Assembly: GCA_009103225.1 (NCBI GenBank)
Contig: RHPI01003578.1
Span: 173,986-237,985, forward strand
From: Chlorokybus atmophyticus
Taxonomy: Eukaryota; Plantae; Mesostigma and Chlorokybus algae
DNA: 64,000 nt
Direction of reading: 5' to 3'
Shown: one piece after another, positions 43,195 through 56,170 of the stretch
Position numbering within the stretch: position 1 is the stretch's first letter
How the letters are laid out: each line of letters starts with the position of its first letter
The notes under the pieces: model-generated
Told to the model about the DNA's origin: nothing
What the model saw: only the letters and a program-made list of their open reading frames with translations
Databases searched by the model: none
Program-made: the position numbers and the translations under genes

Positions 43195-46100
43195 CTATGA
43201 TCTAGATGTGTCATGACCCATGACAGAGCGATCCGCAATCTCACGCCGCACAGCAAGCTGCAGCGCAGCCAGAAACTCTTCGCAGGTGCAGGAATCCGCT
43301 TCCACAAGTGCCGCATGCGCCAGAAATGGGAGCTTACGCAGGGCTCGCCCACTGAACCCCTGTTAAAAGCACCAAACACAATCAAATATTAGCCCTACCT
43401 TTGCATGCAAGGACGACCAGATATAATACCAACAGCGCACGGTACCTCGCTAAGGTTGCTTGCGTCAAGAAGCAACTTTCCAAGCGCTAGCTCCTGTACC
43501 GTGACCCCATCTTCGAACGACTTGCTGTGCTGTGGTTGAGGTTGCATCATGGATAGCAAATCCGTATGGGGTGGCGGCATTGCCGTACGGCCCTGCTAAA
43601 AATTGAAGTCAACATAGGCATACAACAAGTGTGTTTGACAAAGACAGAATCAACCCTGTGAACCCGCTGTTGTGCTTGGCAGCATACCTCAGGTCCAGCT
43701 ATGATGTCGCACCGATGCAGCTCCTTGATAGCAGAATGAAAGATGGAGTATCGTGCTGCAGTTGTTGGCGGGCCGATGTAGGCCTTGATATCCGCGCGAT
43801 CAACAAACGCCAGATCTGCACCAGCACGAAACGTTGGTTCAATCCGACCATATGACATACTGTTGCACAAAGCCCTTACCGATCGCGTCTGTTATGTTGG
43901 ATGTGGTAAGAATCATGACATTTGGTCTTGATTTCAGTGCATCGACTTGCGTGAGAAGTGCATTCACAACCTGCAATGGCCACATGCTCAATCATTCAAG
44001 ACCCTGCAAAACTTGCTAGAGCATCATTGGTTCGTATGGCTGCACACATACCCTAATAGCATCGGATGGTTCTGCTCCTGATAGCGCAGCTTTGCGAGCG
44101 GCTGTCAAACTTTCAACCTCATCTGCGCAACGTAACCATTGAATTATCAGCACATGCATATTGTTGGGCAACACACTTGCAAATGAGTAGCAATCAAGTT
44201 AGCCTCCCTCATTGAAGTAAGTGTGACAGACCCACCAGTCAACTTATTATGCTGTTTATGCATGGTTTGCAAACAGACCGCAAGTAATGCTTGAACTGAC
44301 CTATCAATACAAACACGAGAGAGTCTTGCTCCTCCACCAGCTCGCCGATCTTCTGGAACAGCTTGGTTACTAGCTTGCCACTCTCGGAAAACCACTTGCT
44401 AAACAAGCTGTGGGCATTCACTTCGACCAGCTGAGCGGATGTGAACCTGGGAGGGGGACCACCACATGAGAGCCTTCTTGACTAATCACAATACCACAAC
44501 AATTGCACACAACACATCCACATGATCACAAAGACTTTACTCCTGTTCACTGTGATTGTTTGTTGAAGCTCTGACCTGTCACTGAAGCGTATGGCGAGCT
44601 TGTGCGCGATGCCTTTGCATAGTGAAGTCTTGCCTGTGCCAGGGGGCCCGTGCAGTAAAATAACCCTACAACACACAATGGTGTCTTGTTACTGTTATGT
44701 GTGTCATGTTTTGTCAACCTATATCAACAAAAAATGTACCTGTTCCAAGCCACCAACTGGTCGTTGACTTGCCGCTCCGCGAACAACAGCGCGCTAGCAG
44801 CGTACCGCAACAACCGGTGCTTGACTCCCGTATCAAAAATGAGACTGTTGAATGCAACCTGCCCTTGTCAGTGAGCAGCTGGCATGCGTATCAAGTCTAC
44901 AATGCATGTGGCTGTACCGTGATGCCTACTAGTCCAACACAACAACACACTTTCTATTTCACACGACCGAACCTTTCCCACAAGCCGTGGAATTCTCTTG
45001 AAGGAAGCTGAAACTCTTTGTATGTTGCAATGTCCTCCTCGCCTTCAACCTCTTCCGCCGCGCCTTCCTCGTTCAGCTGTGCGTGCAATACAGCTGGGAT
45101 GAGTATGATGGAATTGCACAGCGACACATTGTGATACTCACCTGATACACATGCACCATCAGCTTCAACTGCCAGAACAGCAGGGGACCCCTTTGCTGTA
45201 TTGACTCATCTGCCACAACACCGCTTTTCACTGAATGTTGATGTACATATCACCATCACATGCACGAATCATCACAAGGTCAAGAGAAGCCCGCGACTCA
45301 ACTTCTACGAAATCCGCATGCATGTACATGCATGTGAGTACATGTATGCATTACTGACAAAAGAACCTATGTACATAGCAACTACGTCATGAACAAGCAG
45401 AATGTATGGTAGAGGAGCCCCCTCCCTCTGTTGCCACATGCATGCACAGTTAGCCTCACGGTTGTCAGTACTGTAACCTAATAACAAATATGTAGCAGTG
45501 GAGAAAAACAATGCGACAGTATGCAAAGGTTGTACCTGTGTCGACAACTCTGATTGATTCAACATTGGCCTCAAGCAACGAGTCCTCCCCAGGGCTCAGT
45601 TCTACAGGACCATCCATGTAACTGACAGGGCGCTTCTCTAGTAGCCTGAGGCAAGAACATGTTTCACATTACTGCAATGTGCACCCGTAGAGTTATTAGT
45701 CAGGACGCACCTTTCGACAGCAAGCTTGATAGATTTATGTACAGCGCTGCTTGTCGGCTTCAAACATACTTCAACTGCACAAGCTCAATCAATCAGCTTC
45801 ACACTCGCATGTGGCAACAAGTTACTTGTGGCAGTGCATGCATGTCATATAGCAATTGACGATTGAGAAATGTTAGAAGGTTCTCTTCTGTCATGCTTGT
45901 GTCTAGACTCGCCTGTGACGGGCACTTTGCTGGGCAGCAGCTCGGTGGGTGTGTCGTACACAGGCTGTACAGCCTCGTTACTGTCATGCTCCATCGATAC
46001 CTGGGGCGAACCGCTCTGGCTGTCGTCCACTGAATGCTGCCCATTGGGTTTGAGGTTGACCTTGCTGCAGTGCCCCACACAAGTTGGCAGTTTCAGCTAA

Positions 46101-46302
46101 ATAGCTAGCACAAGAACATCAGAGAGATGCAACAGTGTTATCATAATCGCATGCATGCTGAATCATTGTGCCTAGCATGTTTGTCTACATTAGCTGACGT
46201 TGACACGCAAGCAATGCAGGTAATAGCTAGCAATGCAAGCGTCCGCCGATAGTAATGAGCGGACCTGCCATGCTTTGTGGCTGCCCGCCACAGCTTTGAC
46301 AT
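43195..46302 (-). CDS. PCH2: Pachytene checkpoint protein 2 / TRIP13 AAA+ ATPase
   Basis: [97 protein letters not shown] at 46302, stop at 43195. Confidence 0.96.
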
Positions 46303-46854
46303 GGCAACCGCGCCGAAGGTCGTCGCCGTCGTGCTTTGCAATGCGACCTGAGCAATAAGAACATGATGCATGCAAAGGGAGGAGCGACATTGGCATGCAG
46401 CATCAATGAAGGAGCACAGGGAAACGAGCGCAACTGTGCCATGCAGCAGTACATTAAATCCAAGGTGACTGACCAATTGGCTTCAAAGCCACTGGCAGTG
46501 TCAACACCCTTGCAGTGAGCTTCAGCAGCTTACGGAAGTCAACGGCGTCAGCAACGGACACAGCGAAGGAGACCCCGCCGCCGCCTCCGCTCTGCCTTAG
46601 GGTTTGTGGTTTGGGGACGCCAGCTGGCAGCTAGCCGGTCGCCCGCGCGAGCACCTCTTTGCGATAGAATTCTGCACACTTGGCCGAAACGTCCACGAGG
46701 CCAGCAGGACTCGTAGCCTACGACTCTCTCGTAGGCTACGACGTCGCCTGACTCAGGCTACCGTGCTACCGTAGCCAGGACATCCGTATACCTATACCCT
46801 ACGGTACAATCGTACAGCGTTCATCAAGTTGATGGCGTCAACTGGTACCATGCA

Positions 46855-47723
46855 TTGATACGGAGTCGTCTGACAGGCAAGCGTATTCATGTGGAACTGG
46901 CCCAGCCGACTAAGCCATGGTAGCAAAAGCACTACCTTGAGAGGCTAAGCACTACACTGTGTAATTTGCACAGTGTAGTGCTTATTTACGGCTGATAAAG
47001 TCTTATAGGCTTAGTCAGCTTGAGTAGGCACCACATTCAATTCGGCTCTAACCGCAATCTACTTGTGCACCACGCTTCCAACGAAACTACAGGGCTAACT
47101 CGCGTCCGGTTATGACCTGCCTCTGACCGGTCATGCCGCTGAGTTGTCCACGGCGACTTGCCCCTTTGCCGCGCGCAGAAGCAACTCTGCGCGCCCAGTT
47201 AATGGGTCCCTGCAGTTAAATGTTAACCAACCTGACCAGTTCTTCTGACCAGTCTGCCTTGCATCGACCGATGATACCGAAAATCTACCCACTCGCGCGC
47301 AAATCTACCCACTTGCGCCCGGTGCCCCGTACTTTTGAAATTTAGGCTCCGATTACCCATGTAATGCCGAGCTCAACCAACTACCGGTAGGTCATGGTAG
47401 CAAAAGTCGCTACCATGAGAGGTTGTATATTGCTCATTAATGCTTCAGAAGCCCTTCTCAACTTATCCCCCCCTACTAACCGGCATTACAAGAGAGTAGC
47501 GGGTAGTGTAAAGGCATGGCTACCACCCTGTGGTGGTAAGGAGGTACCGGCTTTGCAAGAGCTAATAGTGTGTGGGGTGCCTGCCTAAAACTGTTATAGG
47601 GGAATATCCCCATCTGCTCCCTTGTGTGGGTTGTTGCAGTTTGCACGGTGTGTTGAAAAGTTCAAGTGCTTGTGCGAAAGTTTGTGACTCTCACCAGCGG
47701 GTAAGTGAGAGATCAACGTGACA
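46855..47723. mobile_element. Cluster of LTR-like relics: structured segment 46855-47030, a 131-bp TG..CA element (47360-47490), a PPT-like tract and a 217-bp LTR (47507-47723)
   Basis: TGTAATGCCG/CGGCATTACA 10-bp TIR; AGAGAGTAGCGGGTAG before TGTAAAGG. The 47670-47723 end matches the 3' end of the 15132-15634 solo LTR (AAGTTTGTGACxCTCACCAGCxGGTxAGTGAG..TCAACxTGACA). Confidence 0.6.
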
Positions 47724-47952
47724 TAATTCGAGTGCAAAGAGTTTGAACCCCTTACTTAATTGTAATACTGATACTCTCCATACACTTCATTAAAAATCCA
47801 CAATGATATAGAACTTCAAATTAATGCCGTGAGTAAGATTCCGCGTCGCTACGCTTTACAACATGGCCCACAATTCTTTCCTATAACACACATGCAATAA
47901 ATGCTGTATACATGGATTTATGCTAATACGCACTGGCATATTGATGTATATA

Positions 47953-48290
47953 TGTAAGGAGAGGGGGTACTCCCTTCTCCCTTTAATCCCCTACCCCAAC
48001 ACCACCACCAGCCACGATGCCCACGACGCCGCCGCCAGGGGGAACTGCCGAAGCAGAAGATCTTCTGGCTATGGCGGTCGCTGCGTTAGCAGCGCCGCCA
48101 TGCGGCTGATATCGACATGAGACATGAGTCTCATGTCGATATCAGTGTTACAGATAAGTAACACTACATTAGGGCCTTAATATAAGTTAACGGCCTTAAT
48201 ATGGCTTAATAGGCTGTATAATCCCGTTGGGACCCTTATTCAATCCTAAATAACGGCGGGGAACCTCTATGGAGGTAGCACACCGTTACA
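47953..48290 (-). mobile_element. Solo LTR of the same family as 4291-4958
   Basis: TGTAAGG...CCGTTACA, sharing GGCTATGGCGGTCGCTGCGTTAGCAGCGCCGCCATGCGG and other blocks with the 4614-4958 copy. Near-TSD ATATA/ATGTA. Orientation inferred from the PPT of the other copies. Confidence 0.85.
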
Positions 48291-48354
48291 ATGTACATGT
48301 TCAATTGTTAAAACATGGTTATAAACATGTTATGCAAATATGCGGTGTTGTCGC

Positions 48355-48404
48355 GCGATGATTGAATAACGCCACAATGCATTGTGGCGCTATTCAATCG
48401 TCGC
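48355..48404. repeat. Near-perfect ~45-bp palindrome
   Basis: GATTGAATAACGCCACAATGCATTGTGGCGCTATTCAATC. Confidence 0.8.
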
Positions 48405-48937
48405 ACATATAGCCGCCAAGTACACTTCGTGCTTTTGTGGCCATATAATTCGATTATAATTTTTTATATATATCATAAGTCATCAGTGCGCTGTATTGTA
48501 TCATCGCCTTTGTAATAACAACCGCTCCTTCAACCAAATCTTGTACTTGTGAAATCTCATATGTGCTAGATATCAAGCGCGATACTATACAACTTTCACA
48601 GCGAAGTAACTGATTATATTTTAATATTGAAGTATAATGCAAAGTTTGAAGGAGAGAGGATGGTTGATGCAAAGATATTTGCCATACTGTAAACAATTGT
48701 GACAAGATGTGATGATTAATAATAGTTCTTCTCCATTGCATTTGTTCGTGTAACATGTTTCATACCGTATAACACATGTTACACTGGGCTTGAAACTCAA
48801 TAATGGTCATATCAACAATTGACGGTTTGATCGTTAATTGCTACACACTTGCAGTCCGCATCACTCACACTACGTCCAAATACATTGATGCCATGTATGT
48901 TTGTTGGAGAATTGCTTCAAACGACAGCCCCCCCCCC

Positions 48938-49404
48938 NNNNNNNNNNNNNNNNNNNNNNNNNNNNNNNNNNNNNNNNNNNNNNNNNNNNNNNNNNNNNNN
49001 NNNNNNNNNNNNNNNNNNNNNNNNNNNNNNNNNNNNNNNNNNNNNNNNNNNNNNNNNNNNNNNNNNNNNNNNNNNNNNNNNNNNNNNNNNNNNNNNNNNN
49101 NNNNNNNNNNNNNNNNNNNNNNNNNNNNNNNNNNNNNNNNNNNNNNNNNNNNNNNNNNNNNNNNNNNNNNNNNNNNNNNNNNNNNNNNNNNNNNNNNNNN
49201 NNNNNNNNNNNNNNNNNNNNNNNNNNNNNNNNNNNNNNNNNNNNNNNNNNNNNNNNNNNNNNNNNNNNNNNNNNNNNNNNNNNNNNNNNNNNNNNNNNNN
49301 NNNNNNNNNNNNNNNNNNNNNNNNNNNNNNNNNNNNNNNNNNNNNNNNNNNNNNNNNNNNNNNNNNNNNNNNNNNNNNNNNNNNNNNNNNNNNNNNNNNN
49401 NNNN
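48938..49404. other. Assembly gap between poly-C and (AG)n
   Basis: N run. Confidence 0.99.
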
Positions 49405-49416
49405 AGCAATGCTACA

Positions 49417-49470
<54 letters not shown>

Positions 49471-50086
49471 CCAGGGGGGCGGGGGAGGGCGGAGGATGCA
49501 AGCGTGAATGCAGTGTTGATATTGGTCAACCAGTACCTCCACAACATCACCCACCACAAGCACCGCAGCACCACAATCATTCATACGTAATCAAAACTAT
49601 GAGTACGTGAAACATTTTACTTAACATACCTCCGTGTGATGAATTGCCGCAATTCCCGCTAGCTTACGGTCCACTGCGAAAAGTTCTTGGCAATACAATA
49701 CTACCAAGCATAGAAACCATGACAAGCTGACATCAAAAGGCAGGCATATGACATTTGCGAGTGCTCACGATGCATATGTGAGCTGCACGCGGTCACACTC
49801 AGTCTGTCTCGAGCACCACAGCACACATGACATGGAGAACAACGTGGCACGTAGCCAACGAGCACAACTGTGGTTGACACCTTCAGTACTGCCAGCTCAA
49901 CTCTGGGCAAAGCAGACCGGCACTACCACCAAGTGTTGAGGTGTACATGATGTACACGCTTCACCATGGCAGTCTCAAAGCAATCAAGTCTGCAGCAAAG
50001 TTGTAGTGCTGTGGATGCACGACTAACAATGCTGAGGTTGTTTGTCAAACTAGGATTGTGTCAGTCACCAGTTGACTGAATGCAGT

Positions 50087-53000
50087 TCACTGCTCCAAAA
50101 TCTCATCCCGAAACTCCCGCAACCGCACAAGGCCTTCTTGGAAACTCTGCTCTGTACTTGAAATAACAAACCGACAGTAGCCTTTTATGCCGGTCCAGAC
50201 CTCGTTGTTGACCAACAAGCCCTTCTTGTAGTAAAGCACATCTGATATGTTCTCGCCGTCAATCTTGCACGACATTGGGCCCTCAAGCGTTGCAAATGAC
50301 ACCTCTTTGCCCATAAAGGCAGCTGGCTTTGCCACCAGAAACAGGCCACCTGGTGACCGCATACACAGCCATCAGTATGTAAGTATGCAGCAAGCAGCTC
50401 CTCAAGCTACAATTCACTGTGATTGACACAACAACACATGGATGGAGCCGCGCCATGCACATCACAGCAAAGCCAGCAACACTTGCCTTTGGGTTCGATT
50501 GGTTCCCACCCATACTCGCGGAGCGCCATGACCATGGTCTGAGTTCGCTCACGCAGTACCCTCCTTTGCTCACGCAATTCGTTGAGCAGTGTAGCGTTGC
50601 CAGAATGCAGGGTGGACAGCAAGCGCTTGACAGAGTGTCGCAGTGTGCGATGTGGCATGCTAACCATCTCATCACGAAGGTGGTCTGATAACCATGCATC
50701 CTGCATTCAACACCGAGGGCTGTAAGAGGTTGTAATGCTGTGCTGCTTCTACAATATTCCCAGACACACACCTAGCAAAATGCTAGTATGTTGCATGGGG
50801 GTACCTGGGTGGCAGCAAACCCGAAGCGCAGGCCGCCGGCAGCAAACTCTTTGGAGATGCCAGCAATGATGGCGAAGGGCATAGAAGGCGTCAGGACTTC
50901 GCTTAAATCCCAGCTGGAGGCACTGTCTTCAGCATGCAGCAGGCCAGCAAACTGTGCATCCAAGATTGTCAAGCGACCACCGGCCTCCCTGAAGGTCTTC
51001 ATCAAGTCCACCAACTCCTGCTGCGTGTACTCGGCACCCGTCGGGTTTACAATTGGCGCGTTGAGATACAGCCATGTGTGCGCTGCATCACACCACAAAC
51101 AACATCATCAGGTTGTCAGAAGAGAGAGCTTGAATTGCTCACACAGACTGCACAGTAGGCATCATGCAGCACTTATTCTCATTCACCTGCATTTGAACCC
51201 AGCTCAGACAGCAATGACTGAATTTCAGCAGCTGTGATCTTGTAGTCGTCGTCCTTGTTGGTTTTCACAGTGCGGACCTGCACACCAAAGAACTCCGCGG
51301 CTGCTTGGAAGCTGCAGTATGCGCCTTGCGGGTACAGCAGCACACCACCCTCTTGAGCACAAGCCGCCATCAGCCCAGCGTATAGCGGGGTCACGCCATG
51401 ACCGTAAACCAGCTGCAAGGGAGACTTGGAGGACTCCTGCCAATTACAATGTATCAATCACAAGCTTCCCGGCTAGTTGGACATGGAGTCAATGACACAA
51501 CCTCATCTCAACTGCATGACTACCATTATTCACCTTAAGGCCAAGTCGCTTTGCAAGCAGGGCTTTGACTTCCCCTCCAGGATCTGCATCTGTGTCTGAG
51601 AGGTTTTGCCGTGCAAAGCTCTCAAACAAGAACTGTCGCAAAGCGCTGGGTGCCGCAAACTCATTCTCGCCGTAGTCCATCCGCACTACCGGCCGGTGCT
51701 GCATGTTGGACACCGCGCTTGGTGATTGAACCGCGCGGGAGCTCACCTGTACGAGAAAAGTCATTGTTGATTTGCTGACCTTACAACACCTGCATAGCCC
51801 AAGCGCAACATAGAACAAAATCAACCGCACGCGCACGTTGCCATGCGAGACACAGCCTTGCCGACAATACTTGCAAATCGTCAGCAGTGTGCAGCACGCA
51901 CAGTGCCAAGCAACACTAACACAGCACTCACTAGTGCAGGGAATGCAAATGCTCGCTGGACACACGCTCTCAAGTTGATAAACCGCCCAGCTTCATTGTG
52001 TTCAGACTGCGGAGTGCGTAGGGAGGCTCTTGCCCGAGCAAGATTCTGGTCGGGAAACTGGAAGGACAACAGCTCGCCGATCAAGCATTCATAGTATCTT
52101 TGCTGGATGGACGGAGTACGGCAATACGTGAACTCTGCACTGTCCGCAAACACCTGCAACCATACACATGTTGTTACATACCATTTTGTACAGTCAGTAC
52201 CACCAGCAACTGCCTTCACTTAGCAGCTTACGTTGAGGAGGCTCCTGTTTTCCGATATCACAGCGCAGATTCTCAGGTCCCCGTACACCCTATTGTTGAC
52301 CAACCCGGCGAGAAGAGCACAATGTGGTGGCAGGGGATTCTCCGATAAATACTCCAAGACACCGTTAGTGGCAGGGGATGAAGATAGGTCAAGAGAATCT
52401 GATATGTCAAGAAACAGTCGGCAGCCAATCTCAGCGGAGACCTTGATCAGCTTTTCAAACGCAGAAGCTGAACGCATCTCGTGGTCTGCAAGCGCCGCAA
52501 CCACTACCTACACGCACAACAGATGTTGGCTGGTGTGACAGTACCTGTGCTGCTGATGCACGTGAACTGGAGTGCATCAGCCACGTGGCCAATACACACT
52601 CATGGCAATGTAAGCACATTGCATGACAAGACACAAAACAACGTGCTCACTGGCACTACTATTCTCTCATCTGTTGCACTGGTACTGTTGCAGACACGAC
52701 AGTACCACAAGATTCTCACCCTGGGCTTCAACGTCAGCATAAGCTTGCAGACTAGGTCACCCCTCCGAGGAATTTCAAGGACAACTGGCTCTTTGCCCTT
52801 TGACTCAAGATAGGGTGATGGCGGGCCCTGCAATGTCAAAAGGATATATTCAGCTCATCTACAGTACCTACATACTGTACTGTTTTGTGTACAACTGATG
52901 CCATATGTACCTGTCCCAACTGCTGGGGTACTGAACAAAGCCACCTTGACGGCACATTGTGTGTCAACTTCTTGTCCACAAACGACAGGCTGGGCCCGTA

Positions 53001-55504
53001 TGTGTCAAGAATGTTGCGCACGGCGATCCCACGTGAAGGTGTTATCACCACATTGTCTGGGCCCCATGGCACACCATAGTAAGCTTTCAAGAACTTGGCC
53101 AGCTTGCTTCGCACTGCACGTGTGCCAGCTGGATTGTCGTATGGGAAGGAAGGCAGCGCTGTCAAAGTGTTGGCAAGGTATGCCAGAAACGTGGTCTTTT
53201 CTTCGGCAACTGCTTTGTCAGTAAAGGAAAGGTCCAGGGCTGAGCGCGTTTCCGCATAATCAGGTTGCTGCAAGTACTTGAAGACTGTTTTTATGTGCTC
53301 GGGGAAGGGTAACGAAGCCTCGTACACCCAAAGTCCATGCGTGATTTCTCCACCCTGTCAGGTGAACTGGTTGTGGGCTATGTCAAACTTACCACTTCTA
53401 GTCATCAGAAGTGCAAACCTGCTTTGCGTAAGCCCATGCGGTTCTTGCAGATATGGGCTCCTCAGAGACATGGCCCATGAAGAACTCAAATCGGAACAGA
53501 CGCGATGAATGCTCAATTTCCACCAGAGTCTGCATCAGAAAAGTAAGACACATTGGTTGTCCACCATAAGGTGGTGTCCAATGACGCAATGTTGCGTAGT
53601 TTATGCCTCGATTGTCCAATGTCAGCAGTGTAAACACCAACCTGTATATCTGTATCTGCCGCTTGTTGCACACGTGTTCCCCACAATCTCGACACATTGT
53701 ACCCTCGCCGTTGAAACATGCGCTCCAGCACGGCTTTCCCAGGCCGCCCACCAAGGTTCATGACGACAGATCCCAGTGGTCTAAGAACCTGCACACACTC
53801 TGTTAGCCAATAGGCACAGCACAATGCCAGTCAACTCAGCTTAATGTTGCGCATGTCCACAACACACTATCATGTGCTGTTGTGTGTTGAGTGTGTGGTG
53901 GTGGTGGGTGGGGAGGGGGCGGGGGGAGGGGGGAGATGGTAAAAGGCCCTAGTACCAGGTTGGTTATTGCAACTTAGTACATCTAATACATCTGCTGTGT
54001 GGCACAACATGGATATCAGGGAATGGCTGCTCTTGAATTCAGTTAGTAATATACCTGGATAGATTCTTCCAGAGCACGAGCAATAAGCCCAAGACCAAAC
54101 TGGTCTTCAACATAACCCTGCCGTTCGCAGTAGTTGCCCAGATTTGCAAGAACCTCTTCACTTGTCCACTCGGAAACAAGCCGAAGCGTCTCCTCTGGAT
54201 CTGGGCTAAGAACCTGACCAGCCAGAATTGACTTTGAGCTTTCTCAAAACGATACAACGTACGTAAGCAGCTTGACCAGTGCCAGCAACATGCAGCACTG
54301 TCAACATGCCAGTAGAGCTTGTACCTGTGGGATGCAACCAACGACGCGGTCCAATGCAATGTGGTTGTCTGTAACATACCCAAGCAGATCTGATTCGTGA
54401 AACTCCACTCTATCTATTACGCTAAGTCCATCATCATCCTGCAGCACCTCGCCTGCAGACATAGCAGCACAGTGAACCGCATGCAAAAGAGTTGGCTTGG
54501 GAAGGGGGGGGGGGGAGGAGGGGCGAAAGAGAGAAAGAGAATGGTGTTGTTCAAACAAGTAGTCCTAAGTTTGCCAAGGGGCTAGCACACTCTCCAACAT
54601 GCAATGGGCCACTACCATGCAGCTACGAGAGCAACAACAACAACAACCGGGGTACTGCACGGTCATGTCGATACCTTCGTCGCTAAGGCCGTTCAGATAC
54701 AGGTTAATGCGGGCACACCTGATTGCCCTAGGATTGATGTCCAATCCGTACACCTGCATGCAACATACGCAGTCAACATAGACATCACAGTCCGAGTTTC
54801 AACTGTACAGTTGTATAACAGTGCACCATCACTCGCACATTGCACACATGAAAGTGCAGCACCTTACGCGGCTTGGACCTCTTCGCAAGTGCTATTGACA
54901 CCCAGCCATTGCCGCAACCAAGCTCACAGACATCGCGACTGCGGAAAAATGCCTCTGGAAACCGTGCCAGACCTTCAAAGAAGGTAAACGACCACCTGGT
55001 TGCAACCGGTATGTTGACTTCTGAAAGTCTTGACGTGGCTCATGTGCCAGCTATACCATTGCGCTTACACGCATGCAGTACCACTTACCTTTCAGGGGTG
55101 AATATGCCTGGCAGCTCCAGCAGCTGCAGCGTCTGCGGTTTGTCTTCGGTTTCCTCATGGCGTGCAACGGTCAAGTCGTGCATTTTGAAATAAAAAGTGG
55201 ACATGCATTCTTCAGTTGAATAGCTTTCAGAAACATGTCTCCTCAGCTGCGTCAAGAACTTGCGTGCCGCAACACGCGTCTCCGGATTGTCCAGATGCTG
55301 AAATCGCACATAGACGTACATTCACAAATCAATCAAGTTAACTGCTGTGCTCTACAACTACCGCATGCTGAAGTGCAAGCAGTGAAGTGATCAGTCAAAA
55401 TCACCCAGCTGCCAAACCTGTAAGACCAGCTTGAACTGCGCATATGAATTGGTTGCTGAGACACGACACTCCGCGAGGAGGCTGTCCAGCTTGAGCTCCT
55501 CCAT
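50087..55504 (-). CDS. MMT: Methionine S-methyltransferase (SAM-MTase plus PLP-aminotransferase-like domain)
   Basis: LLELPGIFTPE, YGLDINPRAIRCARINLYLN, DRVEFHESDLLGY..VVGCIPQ, GFVEDQFGLGLIARA, NLGGRPG, QAADTDI, FEFFMG..ISARTAWAY, GCRLFLDISD, ELLSFQ, FESFARQN, VNPTG, VNNEVWTGIKGYCRF: collinear with plant MMT. An additional upstream exon is possible. Confidence 0.96.
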
Positions 55505-56136
55505 GACAGCAACGTCAAGCAGCACCTGCTGATGGTGACCTTACCAGAGGATTATCTCCAGCTTACACACGCACCCAAGAGCTTCCTTAACAGCTGCTGA
55601 TCTTTCAGTCGCATGCCAATGACGCTGACGACGGCGTCCAAGTCATCGCCCACGTGGCGATGGCCATGCCTGCCTAGCAACAAGCATGCTACTGCATAAG
55701 CGGCGCTGCTTATCACTGCAGTCCATTGCAGTATATCTTTTCTTCAATACTTTCCGTATTTGGTCGTTGCCTACCACGGTTAGCGCCGCACAGCCATTTC
55801 GCGGTTAGTGCGGGGCTTAGCAGTCCGGCTGGTTGGTTGTCTAGTTGAAATGCATTGTGCCACAGCAAGCTACTAAGGTTAAGGGCGGCAGTCTGACTGG
55901 GCGATGACGCCGGGATGACACGAGCGTCTCTCCATGGACGCAGGACGCACTCAGTCCGCTGACGAAGATGGCTTACATCGACCGTCGGTCAACAGAAAGG
56001 TTATCCAGTTCTTGCGTTCATTTTTCATCGCATTAAAACAATCAACATGAAATGCACAGTGGAGACTTCACTGCGCTACCGGTACATCACAACTTAAGCG
56101 GTATACAAGGAGAGAATGAGGACGCGAAGGCCCGTT

Positions 56137-56170
56137 TAGGGTAAGTGTCCCATAGTTCGGACACCTAATT
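56137..56170 (+). mobile_element. Isolated pogo-like terminus
   Basis: TA-GGGTAAGTGTCCCATAGTTCGGACACC, with TTCGGAC/GTCCGAA motifs recurring at ~56354, ~56527 and ~57258. It shares the TA-GGGTA start with the 7861 end. No partner TIR found. Confidence 0.4.

Noticed and set aside
48454-48756. AT-rich 100-aa minus-strand ORF (possible viral or TE remnant)
   Set aside because: No recognisable motif; composition alone is insufficient.
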